Source: Eledone cirrhosa (Eukaryota). Taken from it: a DNA stretch of 64,000 nt. The stretch is taken from contig OZ024741.1 of assembly GCA_964016885.1 (NCBI GenBank), positions 192,014,001 through 192,078,000 on the forward strand, written 5' to 3'. The number at the start of each line of letters is the position of its first letter. The first letter of the stretch is position 1. The notes beneath the pieces are model-generated. The model ran no database searches, was not told the origin of the DNA, and worked only from the letters and a program-made list of their open reading frames with translations. The position numbers were made by a program, and so were the translations under genes. Shown piece after piece: positions 35,715-49,486 of this stretch.

Positions 35715-35837
35715 CGGAGTATCTTCTAAACTGCCCCAATTTCCATCATCTTCCCAAGCATCAAAATCTTTGCTACCTTCAGACATAACATCTTGTACAT
35801 TGGACAACACCTTGGGTTTATCATCGAGATTTAATTC
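35715..35837 (-). CDS. SCYL1: SCYL1 exon: ELNLDDKPKVL...FDAWEDDGNWGSLEDTP
   Basis: TTTTAG acceptor, GTAAGA donor, 123 bp; W..D..WGSLE motif as in SCYL1. Confidence 0.87.
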
Positions 35838-36614
35838 CTAAAATAAGAAATGTGGCAACCATTATGGTCATTAAATGAATTAAAACAGTGAAGTGTATGG
35901 ATGATGACTGTTGGGTGAAGAAGTGCCAAGAAATCCCACTGGAAGGTGATGATCGTTGGGTGAAGAAGTGCCAAGCAATCCCAGTAGAAGAAAGCTGCAG
36001 TAGAGGGAAACCAAGGAAGATATAGTCAAAAGTTGTGAGAACTGATCTCAAATTGCTGAATCTCATAGAAGAGATGATAAAAGACCACAATGAATGGAGG
36101 GATGCAGAGCTAGAAAAGATTTGTCTAACCTGTGCAAGTTAGGAAGAGCATCTAGCCATAAAATTATGCCCAAATGGAATGTATAAGTAAGATGTGGTCA
36201 TCAGGCCATGACAACCTGTCCCATCTATGCCAACCCATACATTTTAATATGGTAGAGATTCACCGACAGAACAGTGTTTTGGAGGCAAAGACATACATAC
36301 ATGATGATGATGATGGCTGCAACTTGATTTCGAGTAATGCCATCACTTGATCTTAAGCATGAGCATCACGGATGTGGCTTTTTAGTCCTGCTAGGGACTT
36401 GCATATGGCCAGCAATGCCATGCATCGCAAAAAATGTCATATCAAGCAATGCCTGTGCTTAAAAGTTTTTAAGTGAGGAAAGGCTTTCCAGGGGCCAATC
36501 CCACTCTCTGAACATCAAATGCATTTACCTAAAACTGGTCTACTTCATTGGATGCAGGTACACATACATTCATTACATATATACATATATTACACACACA
36601 CATACATACATTAA

Positions 36615-37690
36615 CCTCCTTTTTAACAGTCTCAATCCACACTACCCAACTATTATGCTCAACACCCTTCTCCCATAACCCTCTCTAAAATGCATTGGTC
36701 CATTCAAGCATCGTTGCTTCTTTCTTTCCCTTCAAGCTATTCCAATAACATCTTCTGGTTGTTGTTGAATATGAGGTCTTGTCTATATTAGCTAACTCTG
36801 CTCTCATATCTTTTAATTTTTGCACTTTTGGCTATAACACGTTGCTTTAATTCCTCTATTATAACATTTAGTCCTTTTCCCTTAGTATTGTATTTCCGTG
36901 TCAATCTGTCCTTAGTATCTATGTTTTAGTGTCCTGTTTAATAAAGACTCAAGGTTGCCGATATCCTGTCTTGTTTTCTTGATTTGACCATTCAACCATT
37001 TCTTCCACCAAGGTTCTGTCTTTTTTTCTCGTCTGTTGTCCCTCATGTTTCACCACATTTGCGGCTGCTTTGGTGATGTTGTTGCATTGTTTAAGATTCT
37101 TTGCCTCAAGGTATGGGACCACCCTGTTTACCTTAGCTGTGATTTCTTTTAATGTTTTTCTGTCTACAAATCTTAGATTCATAGGCTTCCCATCATTATT
37201 CATTTCATGCATCATTAAACTCAGAATATCAACAAAATCTTGCCCTAGCCCGTCAGCATTCATTCTCTTACTGACTGGTCGTATCTTTATTCCAAATGTT
37301 ATTTATCTCAAGCATTAGATTATTGTCTTTGTCGGTTACTTCCTCAGGTCTCACAACCACTTCACCCTAATTTTCTGCTGGCTTATTTGCTTGATTCACT
37401 CTGCTTTCTACAGGCTAATTTGCCTTATCTATGCCAATTTTCATTTCCAGCTTAATCTCTCTACTCAGTTCCTCTAATTCCAACTCACTTATCCATTTAT
37501 TACTTCTTATTACATGAGCCTGACCCGCTAGTTTTTGTTCACTTAATTTGAATAGACCAACCTCATTCCAGATTTTATGCATTTGTTTCCTATAGCCCTT
37601 CTTAGTAGTTCACTCTTCAGGTAACATTTCATGACAGTTCTATTCAATTCCTTTGTCCAGTTAGTTCTTGCCTTGTTCCTTCTTTAAGCA
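36615..37690 (-). mobile_element. N-terminal fragment of an R4/Dong-like non-LTR element
   Basis: WTKELNRTVMKCY, GYRKQMHKIW, EQKLAGQA..IR...W.SELELEEL. Confidence 0.6.
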
Positions 37691-38697
37691 AAGAGGATTA
37701 GTTAATTTAAGATTGCACTACCATTAGTGTTTTTAACATGACACCATCACTGGATTTGGGAGTTTGGATTGACTGTATCGGTAGAGGTCGGATGCCATGC
37801 CCTGCTTTGCAGCATAGAGTTACACCCCTTTACGGTCTGAGTTCAAATCCTGCTGAGGTTAACTTTGCCTTTCATCCTTACGGGGGTCGATAAAAAAAAG
37901 CACTAGTAATGCACTGGGATAATTGCTGGCCTTGTGCCAAAAATAGAAACAATTATTACCATTCAAGATCTTTGTGCTGTCTTTAATGTTTTCTTAATGT
38001 GAGCCCTGTGTGGCTAATGATGAAATAATTATTATGATTTTTTAATATTGTTACTTTTTCAAAAGCTTCAGTAGTAATGGTGGTGGTGGCATGGGTGTCA
38101 TTGTAATTGCTTTTTTTTCTGGTTATCATTCCCTTTTTTTTTCAGGGACAGTAACATCAGTCTAGACTGATGTTTACGTTTTGAAGTCACTTGGGCTGCT
38201 AGTGTTGTTATTGTAGCCATAACAACAGAGTGGGGTGTTGTGTTTGTTTTTGTATGTATGTATGTTATCCTTCTGCTTCCTTAGTATTGTTGTTGCTGTT
38301 GATGACAGTGGCTGTATTTGTAATGTCTATCATGTTGTTAGAGGGGTTGGTGGTGGTTGTGATATTGCAATTATTTTTGGCTGTTCTGTTCTGTGGACAA
38401 ATGGGGAGGGGAGCATTTGCCTTCATTTGCTAAAAAATAATTTGAGGGGGCAGCATGAATTTAGAATATAAATATTAAGAATTTGGGCTAAAGGCCTAAA
38501 TATTATGGTGTATCAATTCTTGAGGGCACGGTTCTTTATGTTCTGAGTTCAAATCCCGCCAAAGTTAGCTTTGCCTTTCATCCTTAAGAGGTCGATAAAA
38601 TAAAGCACGAGTAAAACACTGGGGTTGATTTACTCGCCTTTTCCCTCCCCTTCCAATTGCTGGCTTTGAGCCTATAGTAGAAATCATTAATATTTAC

Positions 38698-38804
38698 CAT
38701 ATTATTCCAGTTATTAGAGTCCCAAGCATCACTGCTGTTTGGTACATCTGTTTTGGAAGGAATTGTTGGCTCCTGAGAATTTTTCTCTCTCATTGGGGGT
38801 CGTC
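38698..38804 (-). CDS. SCYL1: SCYL1 exon (disordered region): GRPPMREKNSQEPTIPSKTDVPNSSDAWDSNNWNNM
   Basis: TTCTAG acceptor, GTAAAT donor, 107 bp, phase 1/0 bridges the flanking exons; Trp/acidic motifs. Confidence 0.8.
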
Positions 38805-38869
38805 CTAGAAAGAAAACCAATGATAAAGGTCTTGTGAGATGAAGAGTGGTGGTGATGGTGGTAATGGCA

Positions 38870-41260
38870 GCCCGCACATCCCTCCAGGTACCTAACCTAC
38901 CTAGACATACCACTGTTAACCCACCCCCCATTCTTCCAGCCATAGACATACTCCTCTGCTCAGACCCCCCCCCCCCCCCCTCATTCTTCCAACCCTAGGC
39001 ATACTCCTCTGCTAACCCACCACCATTCTTCCAACCCTAGATATGTAGCGAAGTCTGTCCACACCTTGAATGCTGGGGGACACCTAAAAGTCAAATTCTA
39101 GGTCATCATCCTTTTCAGTGTGAACAAGTTCATGCGTGGCCGATCCCTCGAGACAGAAATCGACAGGTATAAAAAGCCTGTATCACCCCACATCTAACAC
39201 ACAGAGAGATGGGAGCAGTATGCTAGAAAATAACTATGTGAAAGATTCACCGCTACCTACAGGTCGCTGAGGTCTACAGACAACCACAGACCATTACTCT
39301 CTCTCTCCTGGTCACAGACTACACCAGCCTCATGAACCAACAACAAAATAACATTGTCAACCTTCGCGACTCGTGGTAACTTGTTTGTTGTTATTTTTGA
39401 CTGAAGTGAAGTAAACCTTTTTATACATAAAGTAAATCAGCTATTCTTGTTATTTCATCTAACAACCACTACTAATACCCTTCGTTACATTGGTGACTCC
39501 GACGCGGGAACGAACATGTTCCTCCTAAAAAAAAAAAAAAATACGATGTGGTATTTTAAAAAATAAAACAACACGCAACCTTTCTTCACATGGCTTCCAT
39601 TGCCAACATCAACAACTTTCTCAACAGCAGCTTTCTCAGCAATCTATAATTACCAAGTTTCTCATCTATATGGTACGATATGATAAAACTTCACTTCAAA
39701 TTATTCACCAAACTTCGATTCTACGGAATATTTACAGTGACTTCGCTTTGATGTTTCGATTCATTACCAAACACTTCACCATGTGCTTCGTAATCTCCAA
39801 CAACAACAACAACAACAACAGACAATACTATTAGCTTCCTAGCAAGAAAACGATAACATTCTTATACCAAAAAATATTTTAAAAAAGAGAAAAACTGAAC
39901 TTTTTGTAAAGAACAATTATATAAATATTTTTTTTTTACAGGTTATATATGAACATTGATTTTTTTTTTACTGTATTATATGCCTGCTTGCACATACACG
40001 TTTTGCATCAAACACACATCATTTTCTTTTTACACACAAACACTTTGTTACCTGTAATGTATATTCTTGATTCGGTTGGGATTCTGCGAGATCACTTTTC
40101 AGCTGGTCGAGATACAGCAACAGCTAGAAAACACATGAAACTCACCCACACTGGGACTACTTGCCTGGATTCACTCAGGCACGCAACTCAAAATTGTACA
40201 CACTCATGTCATAGCGTAAACTTCGACTCACTGGAAAAGCATCTTACGTGTGATAATACATTGAGAGAAATAGTCCTCTGTATTGTCATATCGTAATCCG
40301 ATACCGCAAGCCCCAAACGTTCAGCCATCCATACACAACAGTTTGAAATACAGGATCACAATTCTGTATATTTACAGTTTCATCTAAATGTTACACACAT
40401 ACATGCATACACAGTTATACAATATTTTCTTTTTTTTTCTCTCTCCAAATTTCTCTGCACTCGAAATACGGGCGCAGTACCCACATTTTGTGTGATTTGG
40501 GACACGCTTCTGAAATCAGATTTCGCTACCCCTTTTGTAGTCGATCACTGCTCCTGCATCGATCTGGGTAGGGAACTAATGTAGCAAAGTCTGTCCACGC
40601 CTTGAACCCTGGGTGACACCTAAAAGTCAAATTCTTGGTCACCATCTTTTTCAGCGTGAACAAGTTCATGTGAATCCCTCGAGGCAGGAGACAGAAAGCA
40701 ACAGGTATAAAAAGCCTGTATCATCCTACATCTAACACACAGAGAGATCGGAGCAGTACGCTAGAAAATAACTATGTGAAAGATTCACCGCTACCTACAG
40801 GCCGCAGAGGTCTACAGACAACCACAGACCATTACTCTCTCTCTCCTGGTCTCAGACTACACCAGCCTCATGAACCAACAACAAAATAACATCAACCTTT
40901 GCGACTCGTGGTAACTTGTTTGTTGTTCTTTTTGACTGAAGTGAAGTAAACCTTTTTATATATAAAGTAAATCAGGTATTCTTGTTATTTCATCTAACAA
41001 CCACTACTAATACCCTTCGTTACAGATATACCTCTCTGCTCACTACACCCCATTTCTTCCAACCCTAGATATACTACTCGGCTACCTCCCTCCAATCTTC
41101 CAACCCTAGACATACTTCTGCTACCCGCGCCCATTCTTGCAACCCTAGACATACCACTCTGCTACCCCCCCCCCCCTCCATTCTTCCAGCCCTAGACATA
41201 CTACTGCTACCCCCTATTCTTCCAGCCCTAAACATACTACTGCTACCCACCCCCATCACC
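38870..41260. repeat. ~37-40-bp minisatellite (CTAGACATACT..GCTACCC..ATTCTTCCAACC) split by an LTR element
   Basis: units at 38870-39043 and 41025-41260. Confidence 0.8.
39044..41024 (+). mobile_element. Non-autonomous LTR element with tRNA-Trp PBS and 4-bp TSD GATA
   Basis: LTRs 39044-39489 and 40580-41024 (TGTAG..TTACA); PBS TGGTGACTCCGACG at 39491; purine tract before the 3' LTR; no internal gag/pol ORF. Confidence 0.92.
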
Positions 41261-41372
41261 CTGGCCACTAGTAGATACTTTAAAATAAAATAAAAGCAAT
41301 AGAAATGAAGAAAATACAACAGAAGGTTGTAAAAAAAAAGAATGTGAAGGGTTGCATCACAGCCTCACTTAC

Positions 41373-41552
41373 CATTAGCTGGTGTTGAGGTAGGACTAGT
41401 GTTCACAGTAGAAGCAGTAGTAGTAGTGGTAGTAGTAGTAGTAGCTCCACCTCGGTAAAGTTTTGATGTCAGAGAGGTCATCCCAACAACAGCCCAACCT
41501 GCCCAACTAGACACATCACCAGCTTTTGACCCACCAGCATTGACATCTTTCT
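41373..41552 (-). CDS. SCYL1: SCYL1 exon: EKDVNAGG...SSWAGWAVVGMTSLTSKLYR, then poly-Thr
   Basis: TTACAG acceptor, GTAAGT donor, 180 bp, phase 1/1; WAGWAV.G..SLTSKL is a SCYL1 hallmark. Confidence 0.92.
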
Positions 41553-42899
41553 CTGTAAGTGTAATATCAGTATAACATGAATGCAACATAAGTGTAACAT
41601 TAGCATAACAACAGTGTAACATTAGCATACCAACAGTGTAACATTAGCATAACAACAGTGTAACATTGGTGAAACAGTGTAACAACACTGTGACATCAAT
41701 GTAACAGTGTAGGGTCAGTGTAACAATAATGTAATATGAATGTTACAGGTCAGTGTAAATTGTAACATTAATGAAAATGGCATTGCAATAAGGTACTGAC
41801 ATGCTATGGTATCTTAATAGAGTACTAATATACTATGGTATCACAATAAAGTACTTGCTATGTCATTGTGAAGAAGTATTTTCCATGACCATATCAAGCA
41901 TGTAAACTCAATGACATGAGGTGCCCATGTTTTTTTTTCTAATTGAAGTCACGCCAAACAAAGCCTACTTCTTTTCAGAGGGTTATGAGAAAAGGAGAGT
42001 CACATTAATGCTATGAAAACTCACTTGATGATAGGAAGAGCATCCAGCCATAGAAAACTTGCCAAACAAAGGATTGGGAAAACCCTTGAGTCATGTCAAG
42101 GAGATGACAACCTCCCTACTTATGGTGATCTACAAAATAAACACACACACTATCTACATGCTGTACAGTGGTTGCTGATAGGCAGGGCATCCTGCCAAAG
42201 AAAGCTTGCCAAATAAAGGGTTGGGAGGCCTCTGCAGTTGGGTCAAAACATGATAGCCTCCCTAGTGCAGTGCCATGATAAAAAGCACTTAATAGGGTTG
42301 GGACTATATGTATTTTGAAAAATGTGGGTGTCCAGCCTGTCTTGGATGTCAGTAGATGCACTTCAATACTAACTCAGTCTGTGAAGACCTGTCCAACTCT
42401 CCGTAGCATAGAAAGCAGACGTTAAGATGATGATGTACATACATGCATATTTATGATAGAAAATGAAAGATGGCAATAAAATTATTGGTAAAAAATTAAA
42501 ATGAAATACTATGCAATGGTAATAAATGAAGAACAATAAAACATGATGAGAAAATAATAAAATAAAATGAGATGGTTATAAAGGAACTGATAAAAAATAT
42601 ATCAAAAGGAAGGAAACCAATAGCATTAGCTTGTTAACCCTGAATTTACACAGACCAAGGTCCCATTTTACAAAACAACAAGGAGAGAGTTTATTCTACA
42701 ATTCAGCTGTTCTAGTGAAAAGGTTTGTGCATGGAACATGCATCATGTATGTGAAATATCAAGGAAGCAGGTTTACTATTTGCTTTATGTGGTAAATCAA
42801 GTTCTGATGGAAAATTCTTGTGTGATGATAGAGCAACTGAATGATGAAAACAGCTCATCACCAACTAGACTTCACATTCCATTCTATAGTTTATCGAGT

Positions 42900-43275
42900 A
42901 GACAGTAATGTGTGAGTAGTGCTACATGTGTGAACAGTGCCACATGTGTGAACAATGCTCTATGTGTGATAAGTGCTACATATGCAAACAGCGCTCCACA
43001 CATGAATAATGCTACATGTGCAGTACACTGTGTGAGCAGTGCTCCACGTGTGAACATTGCTTCATATGAGCAATAGTCCATGTCTGAGCAGTACTTCACA
43101 TGAAGTGTTCCATGTGTGAATGGTGCTCCATGTGTGAATAGTACTCCACATATGAGAAGTGTTACATGTGAACAGTACAACACATAAGCAGTGTTCTATG
43201 TGTGAAAAGTACTACACATGGGCAGCCTCCATGTGTGAGCAGTACTCTATGTGAGCAGTACACCACATATGAGCA
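42900..43275. repeat. Degenerate ~20-bp minisatellite (GTGCTCCACATGTGTGAGCA-like)
   Basis: direct reading. Confidence 0.75.
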
Positions 43276-43393
43276 TTGACTTTGAGTTGAAGAGATTTGC
43301 AGGATTGCAAAATATTTATTTAACAGAGATGGCCAAGAAAATTAGAATCACTTAAAATAAAACCAAACAACCAGAAAAAAACAAAGTATTTAC

Positions 43394-43469
43394 CCATCTC
43401 TTCTATTAATTCTGGATTTTCCGATACTTTTTCTAATTTGCTAAGAAAACCATTAATTGCTTTGAAACT
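43394..43469 (-). CDS. SCYL1: SCYL1 exon: SFKAINGFLSKLEKVSENPELIEEM
   Basis: TTTCAG acceptor, GTAAAT donor, 76 bp, phase 0/1. Confidence 0.92.
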
Positions 43470-44210
43470 CTGAAAAGTAAAAGAGAAAGATTTTTGATTT
43501 ATTGTTGTCTGCCAATAAAACCACATGCATTGGTTGTAGTTCACTTCTTTTATCATCATTATTATTATTATTAAGAGACCATATTATTAAGAATGGCAGA
43601 TAGGCAGAATTATTAGAGGGTTGGAAGAAATGTTTTGAAGTATTTCTTTTGGTTCTTTACGTTCTGAGTTCAAATCTCACCAAAGTTAACTTTACCTTTC
43701 ATCCTTCCAGGGTCGATAAAATAAAATACCACCAATGACTAGGGCCGATTTAATTATCCTATTCCCTTTCCACAAACTGATGGCTTTGGGCCTAAATCAG
43801 AAACCATGGATTGGCAGTATCGGTAGAGTGTCGGACACCATGCTTTGAAGCATAGAGTTACGTCCCTTTATGATCTGAGTTCAAATCCCGCCGAGGTTAA
43901 CTTTGCCTTTCATCCTTACGAGGTCGATAAAATAAAGTACCAGTAATGTACTGGGCAATTGCTGGCCTTGTGCCAAAAATAGAAACAATTATTATAAAGA
44001 GCCTACTCTGTTTCAAACATTTGGGCAAGGTTTCCCTTTTGAGGATACCTTCCAACCTCCCTCACATCAGTCTAGAGGTCTTGAAAAGAGTCCTGGGCAC
44101 TGTCCTTCTCTCCATTATTAAACAGAAAAAAATATTTAAAAAAAAAATCACAAAGTAGTTAAAGGTGTAAAAAAAAACAAACACAAGATAAAAATGGTGT
44201 AGTAGCTTAC

Positions 44211-44399
44211 TTGATCCCGCACCGGTTTATTGGTGTCCAATGTCAAGACTGAAAGAGCAGGTATTAACCTCAACGCTATCTCTGAGAGGCTGTAGTAATT
44301 TTGTGTGGCAGCCATTGCCAATATCCCAGCCTGTCGTGCAGGAGGGAAAGGATCTTTCAGAGCTCGTAGAAAGGCTGAACAAATTATCTTTTGTCGGAC
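44211..44399 (-). CDS. SCYL1: SCYL1 exon (HEAT): VRQKIICSAFLRALKDPFPPAR...DTNKPVRDQ
   Basis: GCACAG acceptor, GTAAGC donor, 189 bp; lies in ORF 44148..44408. Confidence 0.93.
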
Positions 44400-45539
44400 C
44401 TGTGCCAAAATATAAATATTACATGAAGAGATTTTTAAAAAGCACTCTATTAAGTGTTTTCAACCTGAAAGTAAACTTTTCCCATTTTCTAACTCTCTTC
44501 TATTTTTCTATTTCTTTACTCTCGCATTCTATCTTCCAATGAAAGATTAATGTCCAAAAGATTAAGGCTCTTTTCCTACTATATCAAGCATTAAACTAAT
44601 ATATATCCTCACTGTATTATTCTTCCATATTGTTTATTCTTGTTGACTTTGCTCAGACCCATGAAGAAAGTCCCAGATTGGTGACTGGGGCAAATAAGAC
44701 CACCAAAACTGCAATATGGTGAGAGGAAGAAAAAAGAACCATACTGCATCATCCATCAAGCGGGTTAACAAAGGGACACATTCAGGCTTTAGGTAGAGGG
44801 GTCTGTTTGAAAAATATATTGCAGTCTCCATTTCATGGCATAAAAACTGGCAATGTGCCTGCGACCTGTCCTGGGAGGCGTTGGATGGATGCACAAAGAT
44901 TACACAACTCATTTGAAAGTCTCCAACATGCACTTCATAGGTTTTAATACCAAGTGTTGTATGACTGGAATGAAAATCAGTGTTGCGAAGACTGAGAAAC
45001 TCATCCTCTCAAGGAAGCCTGCACAGTGCATCATCATCATCATCATCGTTATCGAGTTCCACTGAAGCAGGTGGAGTTCAGGTAACTTTGGGCCATGTTC
45101 ATGAGTGATCGAAGGTAGGAGGCTGAATTAAGTGCAAGAATTGCAGATGGTGCAGTAATGAACCAGCTTCAGCATTCAGTAATCAGAACATGAAACATCC
45201 ACCAAAATATATTAGCTTCATTTGTTCTACTCTTCACAGATTTTCAGCAATCAAGACCCATGCTACACTTGCACATAGCATTGCAGTCTGCACACAAGCA
45301 TCATACAGTATGCCCTTCACTTTGAAAGAGAAGCTTTTTGTTGTAAGCAGTGGTATTAGCTCCCTGAACTTTTCCATCCTGTTCTTACTCTGGTTACTAT
45401 ACTTTCAGAGCAGCCTACCCCATTGCTGATTAGGTCATCTAAATAACAAAAGTTGTCCACCAGTTCTAAGGATTCTACCAGGCAATTAAGGGAATCTATT
45501 TCGCATGTGCTCTTAGTGTTTATTTATCCTTTACATCTC

Positions 45540-46212
45540 ATCATCATCATCATCTTCATTTAACGTCCATCTTCCACGCTAGCATGGGTTAGACGGGAGT
45601 TGTCTTACTTGAGGCAAGGTTGGTCGGGTGACCGTGTCTCGCTCATATCTAGCAGGTTTTGTACGGCTGGATGCCCTTCCTAACACCAACCACATTTACA
45701 GTGTGGAACTGGGAACTTTTTACCGTGTTACCTACACGGCCACATTACAGAGTGGACTGTGTGTTTTTTTTTGTCGTGACACCTACACGATCTCGATCTC
45801 ATTTATTTGGACTGGATGTTGTGATACCAACTTTACAGAGAGAGGGTGTAGTGGATTGGGGTGTATATTTGGTTAAGAGGTGCCTACTAACTGTAGGTTT
45901 CACTTTGTACATAGGCAAGGCGGGTCTTCTGTATTACTGCGTAGCGCCAAAGATCTCAGTCCAGAGACATTGTCTTAGAGAGGTGCAAGTGTGTAAGGTT
46001 GGAATTTATCAAATCGTCCCAGGTTTTTCTGTAACTACCATAAATTTTGATCGCCCTGCACTTTTTAATACAGCTGTCGTCTTTCATGCGCATCACGTGG
46101 CCATACCAACGTAGTCTTCTCTCTAGTAAACAGCATCTGATCCCTCTTATTCCTAATTTCTCACTTAGTTCATTTATGCTTTGCCGTTCACGTATATTAC
46201 TATTACACATCC
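45540..46212 (-). mobile_element. RTE LINE 3' fragment nested in an older RTE remnant (about 45190-46460)
   Basis: RRLRWYGHV in ORF 45956..46210; (CAT)n tail. Confidence 0.85.
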
Positions 46213-46518
46213 ATTACAAAAATATCTTGTCTGTTAATTTACCTATAACCCCACTACATCACTTGTGGATCCATAGATTACACTGTGTACACCTTATAGA
46301 ATTTTAACCCCCCCCCCCCCCCATCCCCCCACACACACACTTTCGACATATTAAACAAAGCCATTTCCCAGTTGGTATCAGAGTCATGTGTTTTTTCCTA
46401 CTTATTAAGACTTCAGTTTTTGATAAGTTTACTTTAAGGCCTTTCGATTCTAGATTTTTCTGTACCTATCTATATTTAACTGTAATGTTATGCTCAAAGA
46501 AGATAGAGCTGTACTTAC

Positions 46519-46581
46519 ATGTGGATTAAGGTAACCAGCAATCTTACCAAGGCACACTGTTGTATTGGTTCTGATTCCACC
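46519..46581 (-). CDS. SCYL1: SCYL1 small exon: GGIRTNTTVCLGKIAGYLNPH
   Basis: TTATAG acceptor, GTAAGT donor, 63 bp; conserved IR.NTTVCLGKI motif; not in the ORF track. Confidence 0.92.
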
Positions 46582-47032
46582 CTATAATATAGAAACATGC
46601 TTAGTAAAATTAAAATATCACAGCAATAGCCAAAATGGCAAACTCATCTCGAAAGCTGTTCTCTTACAAACTCTTATTGTGGTTATGTATTATCACAGAG
46701 AGAGGTGGATTGGCAGAATTGTTAGAGCATCAGACAAAATGCTTTGTGGTATTTCTTCTGGTATTACATTCGAAGTTCAAACCATGTCAAAGTACAGTAA
46801 ACCTTGATATCACATAGTTGTACAGTAAATAGATAATATTGATATCACATAGTTGTAAAGTCAACAGATAACCTTGATATCACATAGTTGTACAGTAAAT
46901 AATTAACCTTAATGATATCAATAGTTACTCAATAAATGGATAATGTTGATGATATACTGAAAATATTTAGAATGCCAATATAACTGATGAAGATACTAAC
47001 AGGTAAGATAAAAGTGAAAGAGAGTGAATTAC

Positions 47033-47125
47033 CTGATCATCTTTAGATTGTAGACGGGCAAAATGTTTCATGAGTTCTTCATTAAGGTTTTTGTAGTTTA
47101 ACTTGGAAGCTAGATGGAGCATTGC
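47033..47125 (-). CDS. SCYL1: SCYL1 exon (HEAT): [31 protein letters not shown]
   Basis: TTACAG acceptor, GTAATT donor, 93 bp; lies in ORF 46967..47155. Confidence 0.93.
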
Positions 47126-47444
47126 CTGTAATAAAATATATATTTTATAGAACACTGGACATTTTTAGGTGCCTGATTTAAAACCATCATCTGAACCTTT
47201 TGTGTTGCCAAGCTAGGTCTCTTAAAATGGATCATGGCTACTGATCATCTCTACCTCCTGGACCAAGTCCGATCTTGAGCTAGACAGCAACAAAGAGCCA
47301 ATGAGGAAACCTCTAGATGGTTACTTGACCAGCTAGAAATATCAGTCAAATCTCCTTCATCTTATGAATATGAAACTGCTTTGACTGCTGGATCAGACCT
47401 GGAGATAAATAGGAGAAAACTGCAAAGGAGGAAGAATGTGTTAC

Positions 47445-47558
47445 CTTAATTGTGCTCTCCCGAACAATTGGGTTTGTATCCATGAATCCTTGGATAACAT
47501 GAGGGAATATTTGGTCGTTTACTGTGGCAGATTGAAGATGTTCTACAAAAAAATCAAT
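47445..47558 (-). CDS. SCYL1: SCYL1 exon (HEAT): [38 protein letters not shown]
   Basis: TTTTAG acceptor, GTAACA donor, 114 bp, in frame. Confidence 0.93.
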
Positions 47559-48374
47559 CTAAAAAAAGAAAAAAACAAACAATAGAAGATATAAAATATA
47601 ATAATAGTATGGATCATATATAAAATATTTAATGTTTATTTAATGCCTAACTGTCTGAGATCAGTTGTTACTACCAAGATTTGTAATCTACACTACTAAA
47701 CTCATTGTTACAGTATGCCGTATAGACCCATGTATAAACATCCAAATATAAGCCAATCTTCTCCATTTTATCTCTGATAAATGAGCAAAAATCCAAACCA
47801 CCATGTATAAGGCGAGGCAGGTAATCAACACATGATGTTTAGATGGTGCAGTTTTGTAAATTCCCCCAAGGAGAATATTTTTATGAAATTTTAAAATTTG
47901 CATATCTAAAATATTTTAAGTGCTGTTTAGAATAGAGCTTTTTTTTCACAATTCCTTTACATAATGATTTTTTACCATTTCATCTATACAATAAATATGC
48001 ATTTATATATATATATATCATCATCATCATCACCATTTTACGTCCCTCTTTTCCCTGCTTGCAAGGGTGGGACGGGAACTGATTTTGGCTTGATTTCTAC
48101 AGCTGGATGCCCTTCCTAACACCAACCTCATTTACAGTGAGTGCTGGGTGCTTTTTTGCCGTGACACCTCCACGATCACTTTGCAGTGGAATGATAGGGA
48201 CCCCAGTCCCTATCATCTCATTTCTACAGCTGAGTAAACTAGAGCAATGTGAAACAAAGTGTCTTGCTCAAGGAAACAACACAGCAATATATATATATAT
48301 CATCATCATCATTTTACGTCTGCTTTTCCTTGCTTGCAGGGAAAAGCGGACGTGTATATATATATATATATATA

Positions 48375-49255
48375 CAGGGTGCGGACGATATTTGTTCGCA
48401 ATTTTCAACTGCTAATTTTATGCAAATTTTTTTAACTTCCGTTGTCACTCTTGTCTTCATAAAAACAGTGACTATATTTCCATTATTTATTTTCAGAATA
48501 ATTGATTATCAATAATTTTGAACCTCCAAATTTGTGGAAGAGACACGGAGTACTCCTTGGAATCTGCGCCGGGAGGACAAATAAGACCAGAAGATCAACT
48601 CCCAGAACAACAGGTGGCTCGCTGTCTCATCCAAAGATGTGCCCAGAGACATGCAGACAAAGTTTCCAGCAACAACATTGGTCTTAGGTGTTGTCAGCAG
48701 TCAAGGTGACGTCATGCCACCTCACTTCTTCCCTGAGGGCCTCAAGCTGAACACCGATAACTACATCCGCGTTCTGAGCGAGGTAGTAAAGCCCTGGATC
48801 GACCAGGTAGCTGCAGGTAGGCCATACGTGTGGCAGCAAGACTCAGCACCCTGCCATACCAGCCGAAAGACCCAAGCCTGGCTGTCAGAGAACTTTGTCG
48901 ACCACACTTCACCTGACATCTGGCCTCCCAGCTCGCCTGACTGCAACCCCCTCGACTTCTTTGTGTGGGACGCAGTGGAACGAGAAACCAACAGATCTAG
49001 CTGCAATACGAAAGACAATCTGAAGGCCAGGATCACAAGTGCCTTTAGGGGCCTAAGTCGGGGGACAGTGACGAAGGGCTGTAGCCGGTTCCGAGGCCGT
49101 CATCAAAGCCAATGGCGGGTTTATCGAGTGAGATTGAAAGAACAAGTCATGAAGACAAACTGACCCAAGTTTGATAAATAAATCTTAAAAAATAAAACTA
49201 CTGTGTTATTTTTTCCTAGACAGTAATCTTGTGAACAAATATCGTCCGCACCCTG
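48375..49255 (+). mobile_element. DD37D (maT-type) Tc1/mariner transposon, internally deleted
   Basis: TIRs CAGGGTGCGGACGATATTTGTTC, TA flanks; WQQDSAPCH...WPPSSPDCNPLD with 37 residues between the last two catalytic Asp. Confidence 0.92.
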
Positions 49256-49486
49256 TATATATATCATCATCACCATCATCACCATTTACATTACTCTATA
49301 TTTACTATTGTATTTTCACAGTAAAGGCTTTACCTCACATAATATCGAATCTATGAGATTTTGATGTTATTTATTTTGAGAACAATACCTTAACATCAGA
49401 ATGATTGGCCAGTTATGGCCGGTTTGAACAGAAAGAGATGATAGAATTCTAGCCAGATATGATCGGGTTAAATGCTAAAGGGTTAA

